Shown piece after piece: positions 19,892-30,405 of a stretch of 64,000 nt of DNA. Every line of letters begins with the position of its first letter. Position 1 is the first letter of the stretch. The notes below the pieces were generated by a model, which saw only the letters and a list, made by a program, of their open reading frames with translations, searched no databases and had not been told where the DNA came from. Both the position numbers and the translations under genes were made by a program. This stretch comes from an uncultured delta proteobacterium (lineage in GTDB: Bacteria; Desulfobacterota; Desulfomonilia; UBA1062): positions 1 through 64,000 of the forward strand of contig CAWCTR010000021.1 in assembly GCA_963798485.1 (NCBI GenBank), in the 5' to 3' direction.

Positions 19892-21835
19892 ATGGACGAA
19901 TACCTGGAAAAGAAAAGAACCACAGAAGAGGTCCTGGATATAATCCACCCAGGATCCAGCATGTTTGTAGAGTCAGGGTGCGCTGAGCCGCAATACCTTG
20001 TACGGAAGCTTATCCTCGATAACATCGACTTAAGCGATGTCCAGGTATACACCACTATACCGCTAAGAACCTATTCCGACTTTGGCGGAGAGGCAGGTTC
20101 CCGGTTCCGCATTCATTCCTTCTTTGTATCGCCGGGGATGTCGGGGTCGTTTTCAACCGGGAAGACCGACCATATCCCTTTGTCGTCCGACATGCTGGAC
20201 AGATTGATTCAGGAAGGCTCCTTAAGGATAAACACGGCTGTCATCCACTTGAGCCCCCCTGATGAAAAGGGCTATATGAGCCTTGGTGTGACTGTTGATG
20301 TGGTGAAGTCCATGATCGACCATTCAGACATTGTAATAGCCCAGGTCAATTCTCACATGCCGTTTACCTGCGGAGAGAGCCTCGTGCATATATCCGAAGT
20401 CGACTATATTGTGGAGCACGACGAGCCTTTAATTAGTTCTCAGGCAGAAGAACTTGACTTTGAAACAAGACAGATCGGTGAACATGTAGCAAGCCTCGTG
20501 AAAGACGGTTCCACCATCCAGATAGGTTTCGGCAGGATACCGGACGCCGCGCTGAAGGCAATGAAAAATAAAAAGGACCTGTCCATTCATTCCGAGATCA
20601 TCACGGACACAGTCCTCGACCTTGTCAGTGCAGGCGCAATCCCCCAAGGCAATACCATAACCGGTTCTTTCTGCATCGGAACAGAGGCGCTGTTTGATTT
20701 TGTCAGACATAACAAACAGGTCCAGATGAGGCCGCTTACCTTTGTCAGCGATCCTCAGACGATCCTTAGTAGGGCCCCGTTTGTCGCCATCAACGGCGCC
20801 GTGGAGATCGATATCACCGGACAGTCGTGCATAGCCCTTGGCGAACAGGGTGCCCACTTCGGCGCACTGGGGCAGCCCCATTTCAACAGGATCGCACAGA
20901 TCACCAAAGGCGGCAAAGCCATTATAGCCCTGAGGTCGACTTCAAGGGACGGGAGCATATCGAGGATCGTACCCAGGTTTACCGAATCCAAAATGGGCAT
21001 ATTCACAACCCAGACAGATGTCAGCTATGTAGTAACCGAATTCGGAAGCGTGAACCTTTTCGGCAAATCCATCCGGGAGCGGGTGCTCGAGCTCATTACC
21101 ATAGCCCACCCCAAATACCGAAAATGGCTGTTGGATGAGGCCAAGAGGATGAATTATATCTATCCCGACCAGGTCCTTCCGCCTGAAGATTCCCTCTACC
21201 CCTCCCAGTACGAGCATCAAAAAACCTTTGGAGGGAAAGAGGTCTTTATCAGGCCGGTCAAGATCACGGATGAGCGGGGCATTCAGAACCTGTTTTACTC
21301 TCTGAGCAGCGATGAGAAATTCCACCGGTTCCATATTCACCTGACTTCGCTGCACCATCGCCAGGCCCAGCAGATGGTGACCTGCGATTATAAGAATTCA
21401 CTGGCCCTTGTTGTGGAGGCCGTTCATGACGGGATGACAAGCATTGTCGGCATAACCCATATAATTATGGATGAAGAGGATAACGACCGCAGGATGTGCG
21501 AGTTCGCGGTTATGGTCAATCCGGCATGGCAGAATCTTGGTCTCGGATCCTACCTTCTGAATTCCATGACCAAGATCGCCCTTGATCTTGGGTTTGAGAT
21601 ATTCCGTGCCTATATCTGGGAAGAAAACACCAAGATGCTTCATGCCTTTGAAAAATTGAACCTGCACATGGATGCATCCGTAGAATATAACGTGGTGAAG
21701 CTGGATTATGAACTTGACCCTTTTGCAGCACCCCGGCAGGGGCCTCGAACCCATCCAGGGGGTAATCACGAAGGTGAACAGTTCATTATCCCAGATGAAA
21801 TCAACCTGATTCCTGCAAATAAAAGGATATTCTGA
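19892..21835 (+). CDS. Second acetyl-CoA hydrolase/CoA-transferase-GNAT fusion (catalytic Glu retained)
   Basis: Motifs IQIGFG, SIHSE, VVTEFG.VNL.GKSIRER, IAHP; GNAT motif EFAVMVNPAWQNLGLG. Confidence 0.85.
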   Translation: MDEYLEKKRTTEEVLDIIHPGSSMFVESGCAEPQYLVRKLILDNIDLSDVQVYTTIPLRTYSDFGGEAGSRFRIHSFFVSPGMSGSFSTGKTDHIPLSSDMLDRLIQEGSLRINTAVIHLSPPDEKGYMSLGVTVDVVKSMIDHSDIVIAQVNSHMPFTCGESLVHISEVDYIVEHDEPLISSQAEELDFETRQIGEHVASLVKDGSTIQIGFGRIPDAALKAMKNKKDLSIHSEIITDTVLDLVSAGAIPQGNTITGSFCIGTEALFDFVRHNKQVQMRPLTFVSDPQTILSRAPFVAINGAVEIDITGQSCIALGEQGAHFGALGQPHFNRIAQITKGGKAIIALRSTSRDGSISRIVPRFTESKMGIFTTQTDVSYVVTEFGSVNLFGKSIRERVLELITIAHPKYRKWLLDEAKRMNYIYPDQVLPPEDSLYPSQYEHQKTFGGKEVFIRPVKITDERGIQNLFYSLSSDEKFHRFHIHLTSLHHRQAQQMVTCDYKNSLALVVEAVHDGMTSIVGITHIIMDEEDNDRRMCEFAVMVNPAWQNLGLGSYLLNSMTKIALDLGFEIFRAYIWEENTKMLHAFEKLNLHMDASVEYNVVKLDYELDPFAAPRQGPRTHPGGNHEGEQFIIPDEINLIPANKRIF

Positions 21836-21941
21836 GGGTACTACTCAGGAGTCAGAATTCAGAATAACTTCTGACTCATGTCTTCGCCTTAAACCATGTA
21901 AACCTTGACCGGGGCCTGCTTCGGTACTAAAGAAAAATTCA

Positions 21942-23237
21942 ATGCACAGGCGCGACCGACATGAACCCCTCCTGAAGACCTTTATAATAGCCCTCACGGG
22001 TCCATGTGGTGTGAACAAGGGCGACCCTGTGCTTGTGTGTGTCTCTGGTGGCATGGACTCCATGGTTCTTCTTGAACTCATGCACTCTGCCCGCAAGCAA
22101 CTGGATCTCAAGCTTGGTGTTATCCATGTTGATCATGGCCTGCGCAAAGGCGAGTCTGCGCAGGATGCCCGTTTTGCGCAGGAGAGGTGCCTGGGGCTTT
22201 CTGTGCGATTTCATCTCGTTGAACTGAAGATGATCCCGGGCATGGCCAACGTCGAAGAGGAGGCCAGAACGAGGAGGTATGAAGCTATCCACGCATGCAT
22301 GCAGAACCATGGATATGCCTTTGCCGCAACAGGCCATACCCTTGACGACCAGGCCGAGACCATCCTGTATCGCATAATCAGGGGTACCGGCATCAGGGGT
22401 CTTGCCGGGATGGAATCCATGAGGCCTGATGGCATTATAAGGCCCATGCTCGGCATTCAAAGGGGTTATGTAGCCGAATATGCCCGCTTGCAAGGGATTG
22501 CCTATGTGAATGACAGTACAAACGATGACACACGGCTGGCACGTAACCATATACGCACAGTCATCATCCCATTATTGGAACGAATAAACCCCCAGGCTGT
22601 ACGCTCTATTGCCTCCTTAGCGAATATTGCCGGAGAAGAGGGCTCAGCGTTAGAGAAAATGGCCCTTGACCTTGAGCAGGGATCAATTGTTTTCGATTGG
22701 GTCATGATCAAGGCCTTCAGGGCTGATGACGTAAGGGCTGCACCCGACGCAGTCATCAAGAGATTTCTCATTCATATCATCTCAGGGTTTATCAATGAAC
22801 CCCGCGGCATCGATGCCATCCAGATTGATGCCGCCCTTGAGGTCCTCAAGGGGGCCTTGCGTGCGCATACCATCAAGAGAAAGGTCAAGGTGCTCCTGGA
22901 AGGCGATCTTTTCATCATGCACCTCACCTCCCCAGGTCCCCATTATGTCAGAAAGGTAATAAATCAGGACAGCATTTTCATTCCTGAGATCGACAAGACC
23001 GTGCATACAGGGATAACCATAGGGAAATCTCAGATCTGCCTGCTCAGATCATATATGAGAGGTGACAGGATGATGGGCAAAAAGATTTCAAGCATCCTTG
23101 CCCGCATGAAGATACCATGCGCACTGAGGCCTTTCTGGCCAGTCCTTGAGACGCACAAAGAGATCATCGCAGTGGCCGCTTACGAAAAGACACCTGCTTT
23201 GCATCAAATGGTACTGGAAGAACACCATGGAAAATAG
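21942..23237 (+). CDS. tilS: tRNA(Ile)-lysidine synthetase
   Basis: PP-loop VSGGMDS, HVDHGLR, ARTRRY, TGHTLDDQAET, RPML, RNHIR. Confidence 0.92.
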   Translation: MHRRDRHEPLLKTFIIALTGPCGVNKGDPVLVCVSGGMDSMVLLELMHSARKQLDLKLGVIHVDHGLRKGESAQDARFAQERCLGLSVRFHLVELKMIPGMANVEEEARTRRYEAIHACMQNHGYAFAATGHTLDDQAETILYRIIRGTGIRGLAGMESMRPDGIIRPMLGIQRGYVAEYARLQGIAYVNDSTNDDTRLARNHIRTVIIPLLERINPQAVRSIASLANIAGEEGSALEKMALDLEQGSIVFDWVMIKAFRADDVRAAPDAVIKRFLIHIISGFINEPRGIDAIQIDAALEVLKGALRAHTIKRKVKVLLEGDLFIMHLTSPGPHYVRKVINQDSIFIPEIDKTVHTGITIGKSQICLLRSYMRGDRMMGKKISSILARMKIPCALRPFWPVLETHKEIIAVAAYEKTPALHQMVLEEHHGK

Positions 23238-26200
23238 ATTGCTTCAGAGGCTTTCCTCCCTCAGCTCAGTCGGGTTCTATCCTGCATCGCTCCAAGCGCT
23301 TGTGGCGGCATCCATCTGGCGGCATGACAAGAAACCCGTGCTCTGGATCGTAAAAGACACGGATGAAATGTACAGGGCTGAAGAAAACCTTCTCTGCTTT
23401 CTCAAACCTGAACACGTTAAGATATTCCCGCCCTATGATGTAAGGCCATATCAGGACGACAGCCCCTCAAAGGAGATCATGGCCAAAAGGATCACAGCCC
23501 TGCACGCCTTGCTGACGGGTACTGCTGCAATAGTGATTGCACCGCTGACGGCCATTCTCGGCTTCACCATGGGCAAGGCGGATCTTTCTGAAAGTATTGT
23601 GACTATAAAGGCAGGCGAGGAGATAAACAGACAGGATCTGTCCCTGACGCTCATCCGCATGGGCTACACCAGGGAAGCACTTGTGGATGATGTTTCACAA
23701 TTCAGTATCAGGGGCTCGGTTATGGACATCTTTTCACCGGGTATGAGCGCCCCTGTACGGCTCGATTTATTCGGCGATGAGCTCATTGCACTCAAGAAAT
23801 TCGACGTACAGACCCAGAGGACCCGCGGGACATTATTGTCTGCAGATATACTGCCGGGCAGCGAAGTACTTCTGGACTACTCCCATATGAAGAACGCCAG
23901 GACCCCCATTCGAAGGATGGGAGATGCAAACACCAAGTTCATCATAGAGGATATGGAACAGGGCATCCATACCCCCGGAATAGAGTCATACCTGGTGCAT
24001 TTCTACGAGAAGCCCTCTACCATCTTCGATTACCTCTCCAAGAACGTCGTCATCTTCGGACCTGATCCTGTAGAAACAGGTTTATTGTGGGATGAGACCT
24101 TCAATTCATATGTCCATGGCCATGAGCGTGCACTGACCAGGCAGAGGGTCTATGGCGCCCCTGAAGAAGCAATGATAAGTAAGGCCGACCTTGTTCGGCA
24201 AATCACAGGTTTTGACCGGCAGGTATCAACCTCGCTTGCTGAGGTAGGGGGCGCCTCAGGCCAGCCGCATATCAGCTTCGAGATACTGTCCGGCAAATCT
24301 GTTGATGCAGTCTTTGACCGGATCGTCTCCATGGTGCATGACGGCCTCGATGTATTCATTTTTTCGAGTGCGGACATGCTGGCCGAACGTATCGAATATG
24401 CCTTTGTAAGCCGGGGCTTTAAGATGGAAACCGCTGGCGCAGAGTTCCTTCTGAATTATGGCGGATTCGGCGCCCGGGTACGCATGATCGAGGGGACGCT
24501 CTCTTCAAGCTATATACTTCCAGAGCTTGGGGTGGCGCTGATCTCGGCGGAAGAGATGCTCGGTGCCCGCAGGAAGAGGAGAAAGGCCCCTTCCGGCCCC
24601 CCCATCTATGATCCCTTCACCCAGCTCAATGTGGGCGATGCCGTTGTGCATCGCGATAATGGGATAGGGATTTTTAAAGGTGTTGTCAGGCTGGAAATAG
24701 ACGGCAACCTGAGTGATTATGTGCTGCTTGAGTATCTTGGAGGCGACAGGCTCTATGTGCCTGTTTACCGGCTTTCACTGCTCCAGCGTTATATCGGTGA
24801 CACGGATCATTATACCATTGACAAGCTGGGTGGTACCAGGTGGGCCAGCGCCAAGGCCAAGGCAAGCCATTCTGTGGCGAAACTTGCTGGCGAACTCCTG
24901 CAGCTCTATGCCGAGCGCCAGGCTGCCCAGGGAGTGTCATTTGATACTGCCGGCCCAACGATACAGGAATTCGAAGACTCGTTCCCCTTTGATGAGACCG
25001 ATGACCAGCTCAAGGCCGTGGAAGAGACCTATTCAGACATGGCGTCTCACCGGCCCATGGATAGGCTTATCTGCGGGGATGTGGGATACGGCAAGACCGA
25101 GGTAGCCCTTAGGGCGGCCTTTGCAGCGGTGATGTCCGGCAAACAGGTATCGTTGCTTGTTCCGACAACCTTGCTCGCCAGACAGCACCTCATCACCTTC
25201 CGGGATCGTATGGCCAAATGGCCCATCCGCGTAGAGGCCCTGTCCGGCATGAGCACCTCTGCAGACAGCAAGGAGATACTCTTAGACCTTGAAACCGGTA
25301 AGGTGGATGTCATCATCGGGACCCATGCCTTGCTCTCAGAGAAGATCAAGTTCAAGGACCTGGGCCTTCTTGTGGTGGACGAAGAGCACAGGTTCGGGGT
25401 GCAGCACAAGGAAAAGATCAAGTCTTTCAGGGCAGAGGTTGATGTGCTTACCCTAACGGCAACGCCCATACCCCGCACCTTGAATATGGCCATATCCGGG
25501 TTAAGAGAGCTCTCGGTTATTGAGACGCCCCCTGCAGAACGCAAATCCATTGATACGGTTGTAACAAGGTTTGACGACGAGGCCATTGCTGCGGCCATTA
25601 CCAAAGAGCTCGAACGGGGCGGCCAGGTCTTTTTCGTTCATAACATTGTCGCCACCATCGATTCCATGGCCCGTCATATTCAAGTCTTGTGCCCCCAGGC
25701 GCGGATCGGTGTTGCCCACGGCCAGATGCAAAGGACCAAACTGGACCGGGTCATGGGCAGCTTTATGGACCGCAGCATCACCGTGCTGGTAAGCTCTGCC
25801 ATTATCAGCTCAGGGTTGGATATCTCCAATGCGAATACCATCATCATCAACAGGGCCGACAAGTTCGGCCTGGCAGATCTCTACCAGCTCAGGGGAAGGG
25901 TAGGCAGGTCAAAGATCAAGGGCCATGCCCTGCTTCTTCTTCCTGAGGTCGGTCAGATCACAAAGGATGCCCAGAAAAGGCTCGCAGCCATCAAGGAATA
26001 TGAATCGCTGGGTGCAGGTTTCCATATGGCCATGCGCGATATGGAGATCAGAGGGGTTGGCGATATACTCGGCAAGGCCCAGTGGGGCCATGTCACAGCC
26101 ATAGGTTACGAGCTTTACCAGGAGATGCTCCATGAGGCGGTAGATGCCCTTCAAGGAAAACAGACACTGCCCGCCATCGACCCCGAGATCAGGATAAGCC

Positions 26201-26592
26201 TTGATGCATATATACCCGAAGACTATTGTCCTGATCAGCATCTGAGACTTGGTCTTTATAAGAGGCTTTTCTCTGCATCAACCGATGAACTCACGGCAAT
26301 AAGCGATGAGCTGAAAGATCTTTATGGCTCGCTCCCTGGACCGGTCAAGTCCCTGCTCCTCATATCGGAGGTCCGTGATGTAATGAAGAAGAAGCGTTTT
26401 AAGAAGATCGATATGAGCGAAGATGTGTTGAGGTTGTACCTGAGCCGTGATAGCATCGTGGATCTGGACAAGGTAATTGCCTTTGTTACCCAGAGAGTGG
26501 GTAGGCTCAGGCCGGAAGGGATAATAGAGATACCGCTTGAAGGAAAGGACATACCCAATGAAATCCGTGAGATATTATATGCGATATCGTGA
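23227..26592 (+). CDS. mfd: Transcription-repair coupling factor
   Basis: Motifs CGDVGYGKTEVA, DEEHRFG, TATPIPRTL, QLRGRVGRS; CarD-like and TRCF domains. Confidence 0.97.
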   Translation: MENRLLQRLSSLSSVGFYPASLQALVAASIWRHDKKPVLWIVKDTDEMYRAEENLLCFLKPEHVKIFPPYDVRPYQDDSPSKEIMAKRITALHALLTGTAAIVIAPLTAILGFTMGKADLSESIVTIKAGEEINRQDLSLTLIRMGYTREALVDDVSQFSIRGSVMDIFSPGMSAPVRLDLFGDELIALKKFDVQTQRTRGTLLSADILPGSEVLLDYSHMKNARTPIRRMGDANTKFIIEDMEQGIHTPGIESYLVHFYEKPSTIFDYLSKNVVIFGPDPVETGLLWDETFNSYVHGHERALTRQRVYGAPEEAMISKADLVRQITGFDRQVSTSLAEVGGASGQPHISFEILSGKSVDAVFDRIVSMVHDGLDVFIFSSADMLAERIEYAFVSRGFKMETAGAEFLLNYGGFGARVRMIEGTLSSSYILPELGVALISAEEMLGARRKRRKAPSGPPIYDPFTQLNVGDAVVHRDNGIGIFKGVVRLEIDGNLSDYVLLEYLGGDRLYVPVYRLSLLQRYIGDTDHYTIDKLGGTRWASAKAKASHSVAKLAGELLQLYAERQAAQGVSFDTAGPTIQEFEDSFPFDETDDQLKAVEETYSDMASHRPMDRLICGDVGYGKTEVALRAAFAAVMSGKQVSLLVPTTLLARQHLITFRDRMAKWPIRVEALSGMSTSADSKEILLDLETGKVDVIIGTHALLSEKIKFKDLGLLVVDEEHRFGVQHKEKIKSFRAEVDVLTLTATPIPRTLNMAISGLRELSVIETPPAERKSIDTVVTRFDDEAIAAAITKELERGGQVFFVHNIVATIDSMARHIQVLCPQARIGVAHGQMQRTKLDRVMGSFMDRSITVLVSSAIISSGLDISNANTIIINRADKFGLADLYQLRGRVGRSKIKGHALLLLPEVGQITKDAQKRLAAIKEYESLGAGFHMAMRDMEIRGVGDILGKAQWGHVTAIGYELYQEMLHEAVDALQGKQTLPAIDPEIRISLDAYIPEDYCPDQHLRLGLYKRLFSASTDELTAISDELKDLYGSLPGPVKSLLLISEVRDVMKKKRFKKIDMSEDVLRLYLSRDSIVDLDKVIAFVTQRVGRLRPEGIIEIPLEGKDIPNEIREILYAIS

Positions 26593-26628
26593 TGGCGAAG
26601 TATATTTTGTGCTCAGAGCTTTGAAAAG

Positions 26629-27507
26629 ATGAGTATATTATTAATACGTCTGATAACAACGGGTATACCAAGAGGAGTTAAACTGGTTCTGCCTTGTGCT
26701 GCTGCCGTACTTATAGCTTTATGGTGCAGCCCTGCACGAGGCGAGATGATAGACGGGATCGTGGCCGTTGTAGATGATAAGGTTATCATGCATTCCGACC
26801 TTGTTAAAAAGATGCAAGAACTCGGCGCACAGGAACATGATTCATCAGCCGCCCGCCAGGTCCTTCAGCTCATGGTGGAAGATGTGATTGTAGACAAGGT
26901 TTACCGCGGCATGGGTTTGCCCAAAATTGAGCCCAGTCATGCCGAAGAGGTTGCCAAAGCTATGAACGTCGATATACTAAGCGCTCAGTTCTTGATAAAG
27001 AGGAATTCCCTCATGGAACTGATGGTCAAATCCCGCATTGTTGTTACTGAAAGCATGATTAAAGACTATTATGATTCTCACAAAGCATATGCAGGCTCTG
27101 AATCCCTTCATTTAAAACAAATCCTCATTAAAAATGATCCTGGAAAGGCAACCAAGGCACTTGAAGATATTCATCGAGCGAGCCCCTTCGAAGAGGTTGC
27201 CAAGGCTTATTCAGATCTAACGGCAGGGGATAATCCGGACATTGGGTGGATAGCCATAAAGGACCTTGCGAATGATGCCAGATCCTCTCTAACGGCCGGA
27301 AAGCCAGGCGACATTGTCGGCCCTATTACCTTGGGCGAAAACATACTCATATACCAAATCATTGAGCGTGGCGTTTCCGGCGGCAAGACCATTGATGAAG
27401 CCCGGGACGAGATTGTAGAGACCCTCCAGGAGAAGTTCCGCAAAGAGGCATTCGATCATTGGCTCAAGATGATCATGGGAGATCATTATATCGGGATATA
27501 TTTGTAG
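26629..27507 (+). CDS. SurA/PrsA-like periplasmic peptidyl-prolyl isomerase
   Basis: Signal peptide, IDGIVAVVDD, HLKQILI, FEEVAKAYS, DIGW; typical position after mfd. Confidence 0.8.
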   Translation: MSILLIRLITTGIPRGVKLVLPCAAAVLIALWCSPARGEMIDGIVAVVDDKVIMHSDLVKKMQELGAQEHDSSAARQVLQLMVEDVIVDKVYRGMGLPKIEPSHAEEVAKAMNVDILSAQFLIKRNSLMELMVKSRIVVTESMIKDYYDSHKAYAGSESLHLKQILIKNDPGKATKALEDIHRASPFEEVAKAYSDLTAGDNPDIGWIAIKDLANDARSSLTAGKPGDIVGPITLGENILIYQIIERGVSGGKTIDEARDEIVETLQEKFRKEAFDHWLKMIMGDHYIGIYL

Positions 27508-27513
27508 GGTATA

Positions 27514-30294
27514 GTGAAAGACTATATAGAGATCAAAGGGGCAGGCGAACATAACCTGAAAGACATCAATGTCAGCATCCCCCGTAACCGGTTTGTCGTG
27601 ATCACCGGTGTTTCCGGATCAGGCAAGTCGACGCTCGCCTTTGACACTCTGTTTGCAGAGGGGCAGCGTAGGTATGTCGAATCGCTCAGCGCCTATGCCA
27701 GGCAGTTCCTTGAGCAGATGCCGAAACCCCAGGTGGAATCCATTGAAGGTCTGTCTCCTGCCATTGCCATCGAGCAGAAGACCACCTCCAACAATCCCCG
27801 CTCCACGGTAGGGACCGTCACCGAGATCTACGATTATTTGCGGGTCCTCTTCGCACGGATCGGAACACCACGGTGCTGGATATGCGGCCGGACTATAGAA
27901 TCCATGTCAATACAGCAGATGGCCCAGGCCGTGTTCGAGTGTGGGGTCGGACGCAAGGTGATCCTTTTCGCGCCCTTAATCAGCGGCCGCAAGGGGGAAT
28001 ATACAAAGCTCTTCGAGCGTCTCGCACGTGAAGGATTCGTAAGGGTGCGCGTAAATGGCGAGCTCTATGATATTGAAGAAGTCCCCCGCCTCGACAAGAA
28101 CAAGAAACATACGATCGAAGTGGTGGTGGACAGGATAGTGCTCAAGGACCAGGTGATGACAAGGCTGCTGGACTCAATCGAGACTGCATGCAAACTCTCC
28201 GGCGGGACTATCATGGTGGAGGATGAGAGTGGGGGGTCCTCCATCTACTCCGAGCATTACAGTTGCCCGGTATGTAATACCTCCTTCCCCGAGATCTCGC
28301 CCAGGATGTTCTCCTTCAACAACCCCCATGGCGCATGCGAGACATGCCATGGCCTGGGCGTGCTCATCAAGATCGATCCTGACCTGGTAATCCCGGACAA
28401 GAAGCGCTCTCTGAGCCAGGGGGCCATCGTTTCCTGGGGAGTTCCTCCGGGCAGATTCGCGAGCCGCATGATCCGTTATCTCGCAAGGAATTTGCGATTC
28501 AATGCAGATACCCCGTTTGAGAAGCTCCCTGAAGAGGCCAGGCAGGTAATACTCTACGGCGGTCTCATGAAAGATTCTTATTCCGAGCCCTTCGAAGGCA
28601 TCATCCCCAATCTTACACGCAGGCTCAAGGAGACCGAGACAGGCGAGATCAGCAATGATATTTCGCGCTTCCTCAACAATATCACCTGTCCTTCATGCAA
28701 GGGTGCCCGTTTGAAAAATGAGGTACTCCATATCACCATAGGTGATAAAAATATCTTCGAGCTTACCACCATGAATGTGGATGATCTGATCACATTTTTC
28801 AGGTCATTGAAATTGAGCCCCAAAAATGAAGAGATTGCAGCAAGGCTCATCAAGGAGATCACTGAAAGGCTCGGGTTTCTTACCTCGGTGGGCATCGGAT
28901 ATTTATCACTGAGCAGGTCTGCCGGCACCCTTTCATCCGGCGAATCCCAGCGTATCCGGCTTGCGACCCAAATAGGCTCGGCACTGATGGGAGTCATGTA
29001 TATCCTCGATGAGCCGACCATAGGACTGCATCAGAGGGACAATGAGCGGCTCATTAATACCCTCAAGCACCTGCGGGACCTGGGCAACACACTCATAGTA
29101 GTCGAACACGACGAAGAAACCATCCTCGGTTCCGACTATGTCATCGACATGGGGCCCGGCGCCGGGGAGCAGGGTGGCAGTATCGTGTTCCAGGGTATCC
29201 CTGCAGATCTTGTAAAGGATACATCTTCACTGACAGGGAACTATTTATCAGGCAGAATCAAGATACACGCCCCTGACCACCCCAGGAGGCCCCTCGGTAA
29301 TTACCTTCGTATCAAAGGGGCCCAGGCAAATAATCTTAAAAACATCAACGTGGATATTCCGCTGGGGCTGTTCACCTGTATAACCGGTGTATCGGGTTCG
29401 GGCAAATCGAGTCTTGTCATAGACACCCTCTACCCGTACTTAAGCAGTGCACTCACCGGAAGCCGGATTCACAATCTCCATGTAAAGGGCATTGCCGGCC
29501 TTGAACACCTTGACCGTGTCATTAATGTGGACCAGAGCCCCATCGGCAGGACACCCAGATCGAATCCTGCCACATACACGGGTGTCTTCACCCTTATCAG
29601 GGAGCTCTTCTCCATGCTGCCAGATGCAAAGGTCCGGGGATACAAACCGGGCCGCTTCAGCTTCAATGTAAAAGGTGGAAGGTGCGAGGCCTGCCAGGGC
29701 GATGGTCTCATCAAGATTGAGATGCACTTCCTGCCCGATGTGTACGTCATGTGCGACCAGTGTCAGGGGAGAAGGTTCAATGACGAGACCCTGGAAATTA
29801 AATATAAGGGCAGGTCCATCGCAGATGTGCTTGGAATGACCGTAAGCCAGGCCTTTGAGCTCTTTGACGCTGTGCCTAAGATCAAGCGTAAGCTCAAGAC
29901 CCTTATTGATGTGGGCATGGATTACATCAGGCTCGGCCAGAGCGCCACAACCCTTTCAGGGGGCGAGGCTCAAAGGACAAAACTGGCCAGGGAACTTTCC
30001 AAGCGTTCAACCGGGAGAACGGTATATATACTGGATGAACCCACTACAGGCCTGCACTTCGATGATATCAACAAGCTCCTTATAGTCCTTCACCGCCTGG
30101 TGGATGAGGGAAACACCGTTATCATCATCGAGCATAATATGGATATGATAAGGTCCGCAGACCATATCATCGATCTCGGCCCCGAGGGTGGAGATGAAGG
30201 CGGCAACCTTGTAGCCCAGGGCAGCCCTGAGGCGATTACCCGGGTCACCGGGTCGTATACCGGCCGGTATCTCAAGGGGCATCTTAAAAGATAA
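27514..30294 (+). CDS. uvrA: Excinuclease ABC subunit A
   Basis: Two GVSGSGKS Walker A motifs, EGQRRYVESLS, LSSGE and LSGGE, zinc fingers. Confidence 0.98.
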   Translation: MKDYIEIKGAGEHNLKDINVSIPRNRFVVITGVSGSGKSTLAFDTLFAEGQRRYVESLSAYARQFLEQMPKPQVESIEGLSPAIAIEQKTTSNNPRSTVGTVTEIYDYLRVLFARIGTPRCWICGRTIESMSIQQMAQAVFECGVGRKVILFAPLISGRKGEYTKLFERLAREGFVRVRVNGELYDIEEVPRLDKNKKHTIEVVVDRIVLKDQVMTRLLDSIETACKLSGGTIMVEDESGGSSIYSEHYSCPVCNTSFPEISPRMFSFNNPHGACETCHGLGVLIKIDPDLVIPDKKRSLSQGAIVSWGVPPGRFASRMIRYLARNLRFNADTPFEKLPEEARQVILYGGLMKDSYSEPFEGIIPNLTRRLKETETGEISNDISRFLNNITCPSCKGARLKNEVLHITIGDKNIFELTTMNVDDLITFFRSLKLSPKNEEIAARLIKEITERLGFLTSVGIGYLSLSRSAGTLSSGESQRIRLATQIGSALMGVMYILDEPTIGLHQRDNERLINTLKHLRDLGNTLIVVEHDEETILGSDYVIDMGPGAGEQGGSIVFQGIPADLVKDTSSLTGNYLSGRIKIHAPDHPRRPLGNYLRIKGAQANNLKNINVDIPLGLFTCITGVSGSGKSSLVIDTLYPYLSSALTGSRIHNLHVKGIAGLEHLDRVINVDQSPIGRTPRSNPATYTGVFTLIRELFSMLPDAKVRGYKPGRFSFNVKGGRCEACQGDGLIKIEMHFLPDVYVMCDQCQGRRFNDETLEIKYKGRSIADVLGMTVSQAFELFDAVPKIKRKLKTLIDVGMDYIRLGQSATTLSGGEAQRTKLARELSKRSTGRTVYILDEPTTGLHFDDINKLLIVLHRLVDEGNTVIIIEHNMDMIRSADHIIDLGPEGGDEGGNLVAQGSPEAITRVTGSYTGRYLKGHLKR

Positions 30295-30405
30295 GGTTCT
30301 ATCCGTTGACGCACTATCAGATATGTGTTTAGAGTTTGATTCATTGCAGGGAAGAACAATTTGTTATCCCACGGATGGACATGTCTCTTGGTAGGGAGGA
30401 GAGCA

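Noticed and set aside
21729-21765. tRNA-like GGGTTCGAGGCCC on the minus strand
   Set aside because: The T-stem is imperfect, and no acceptor, D or anticodon arms can be built.
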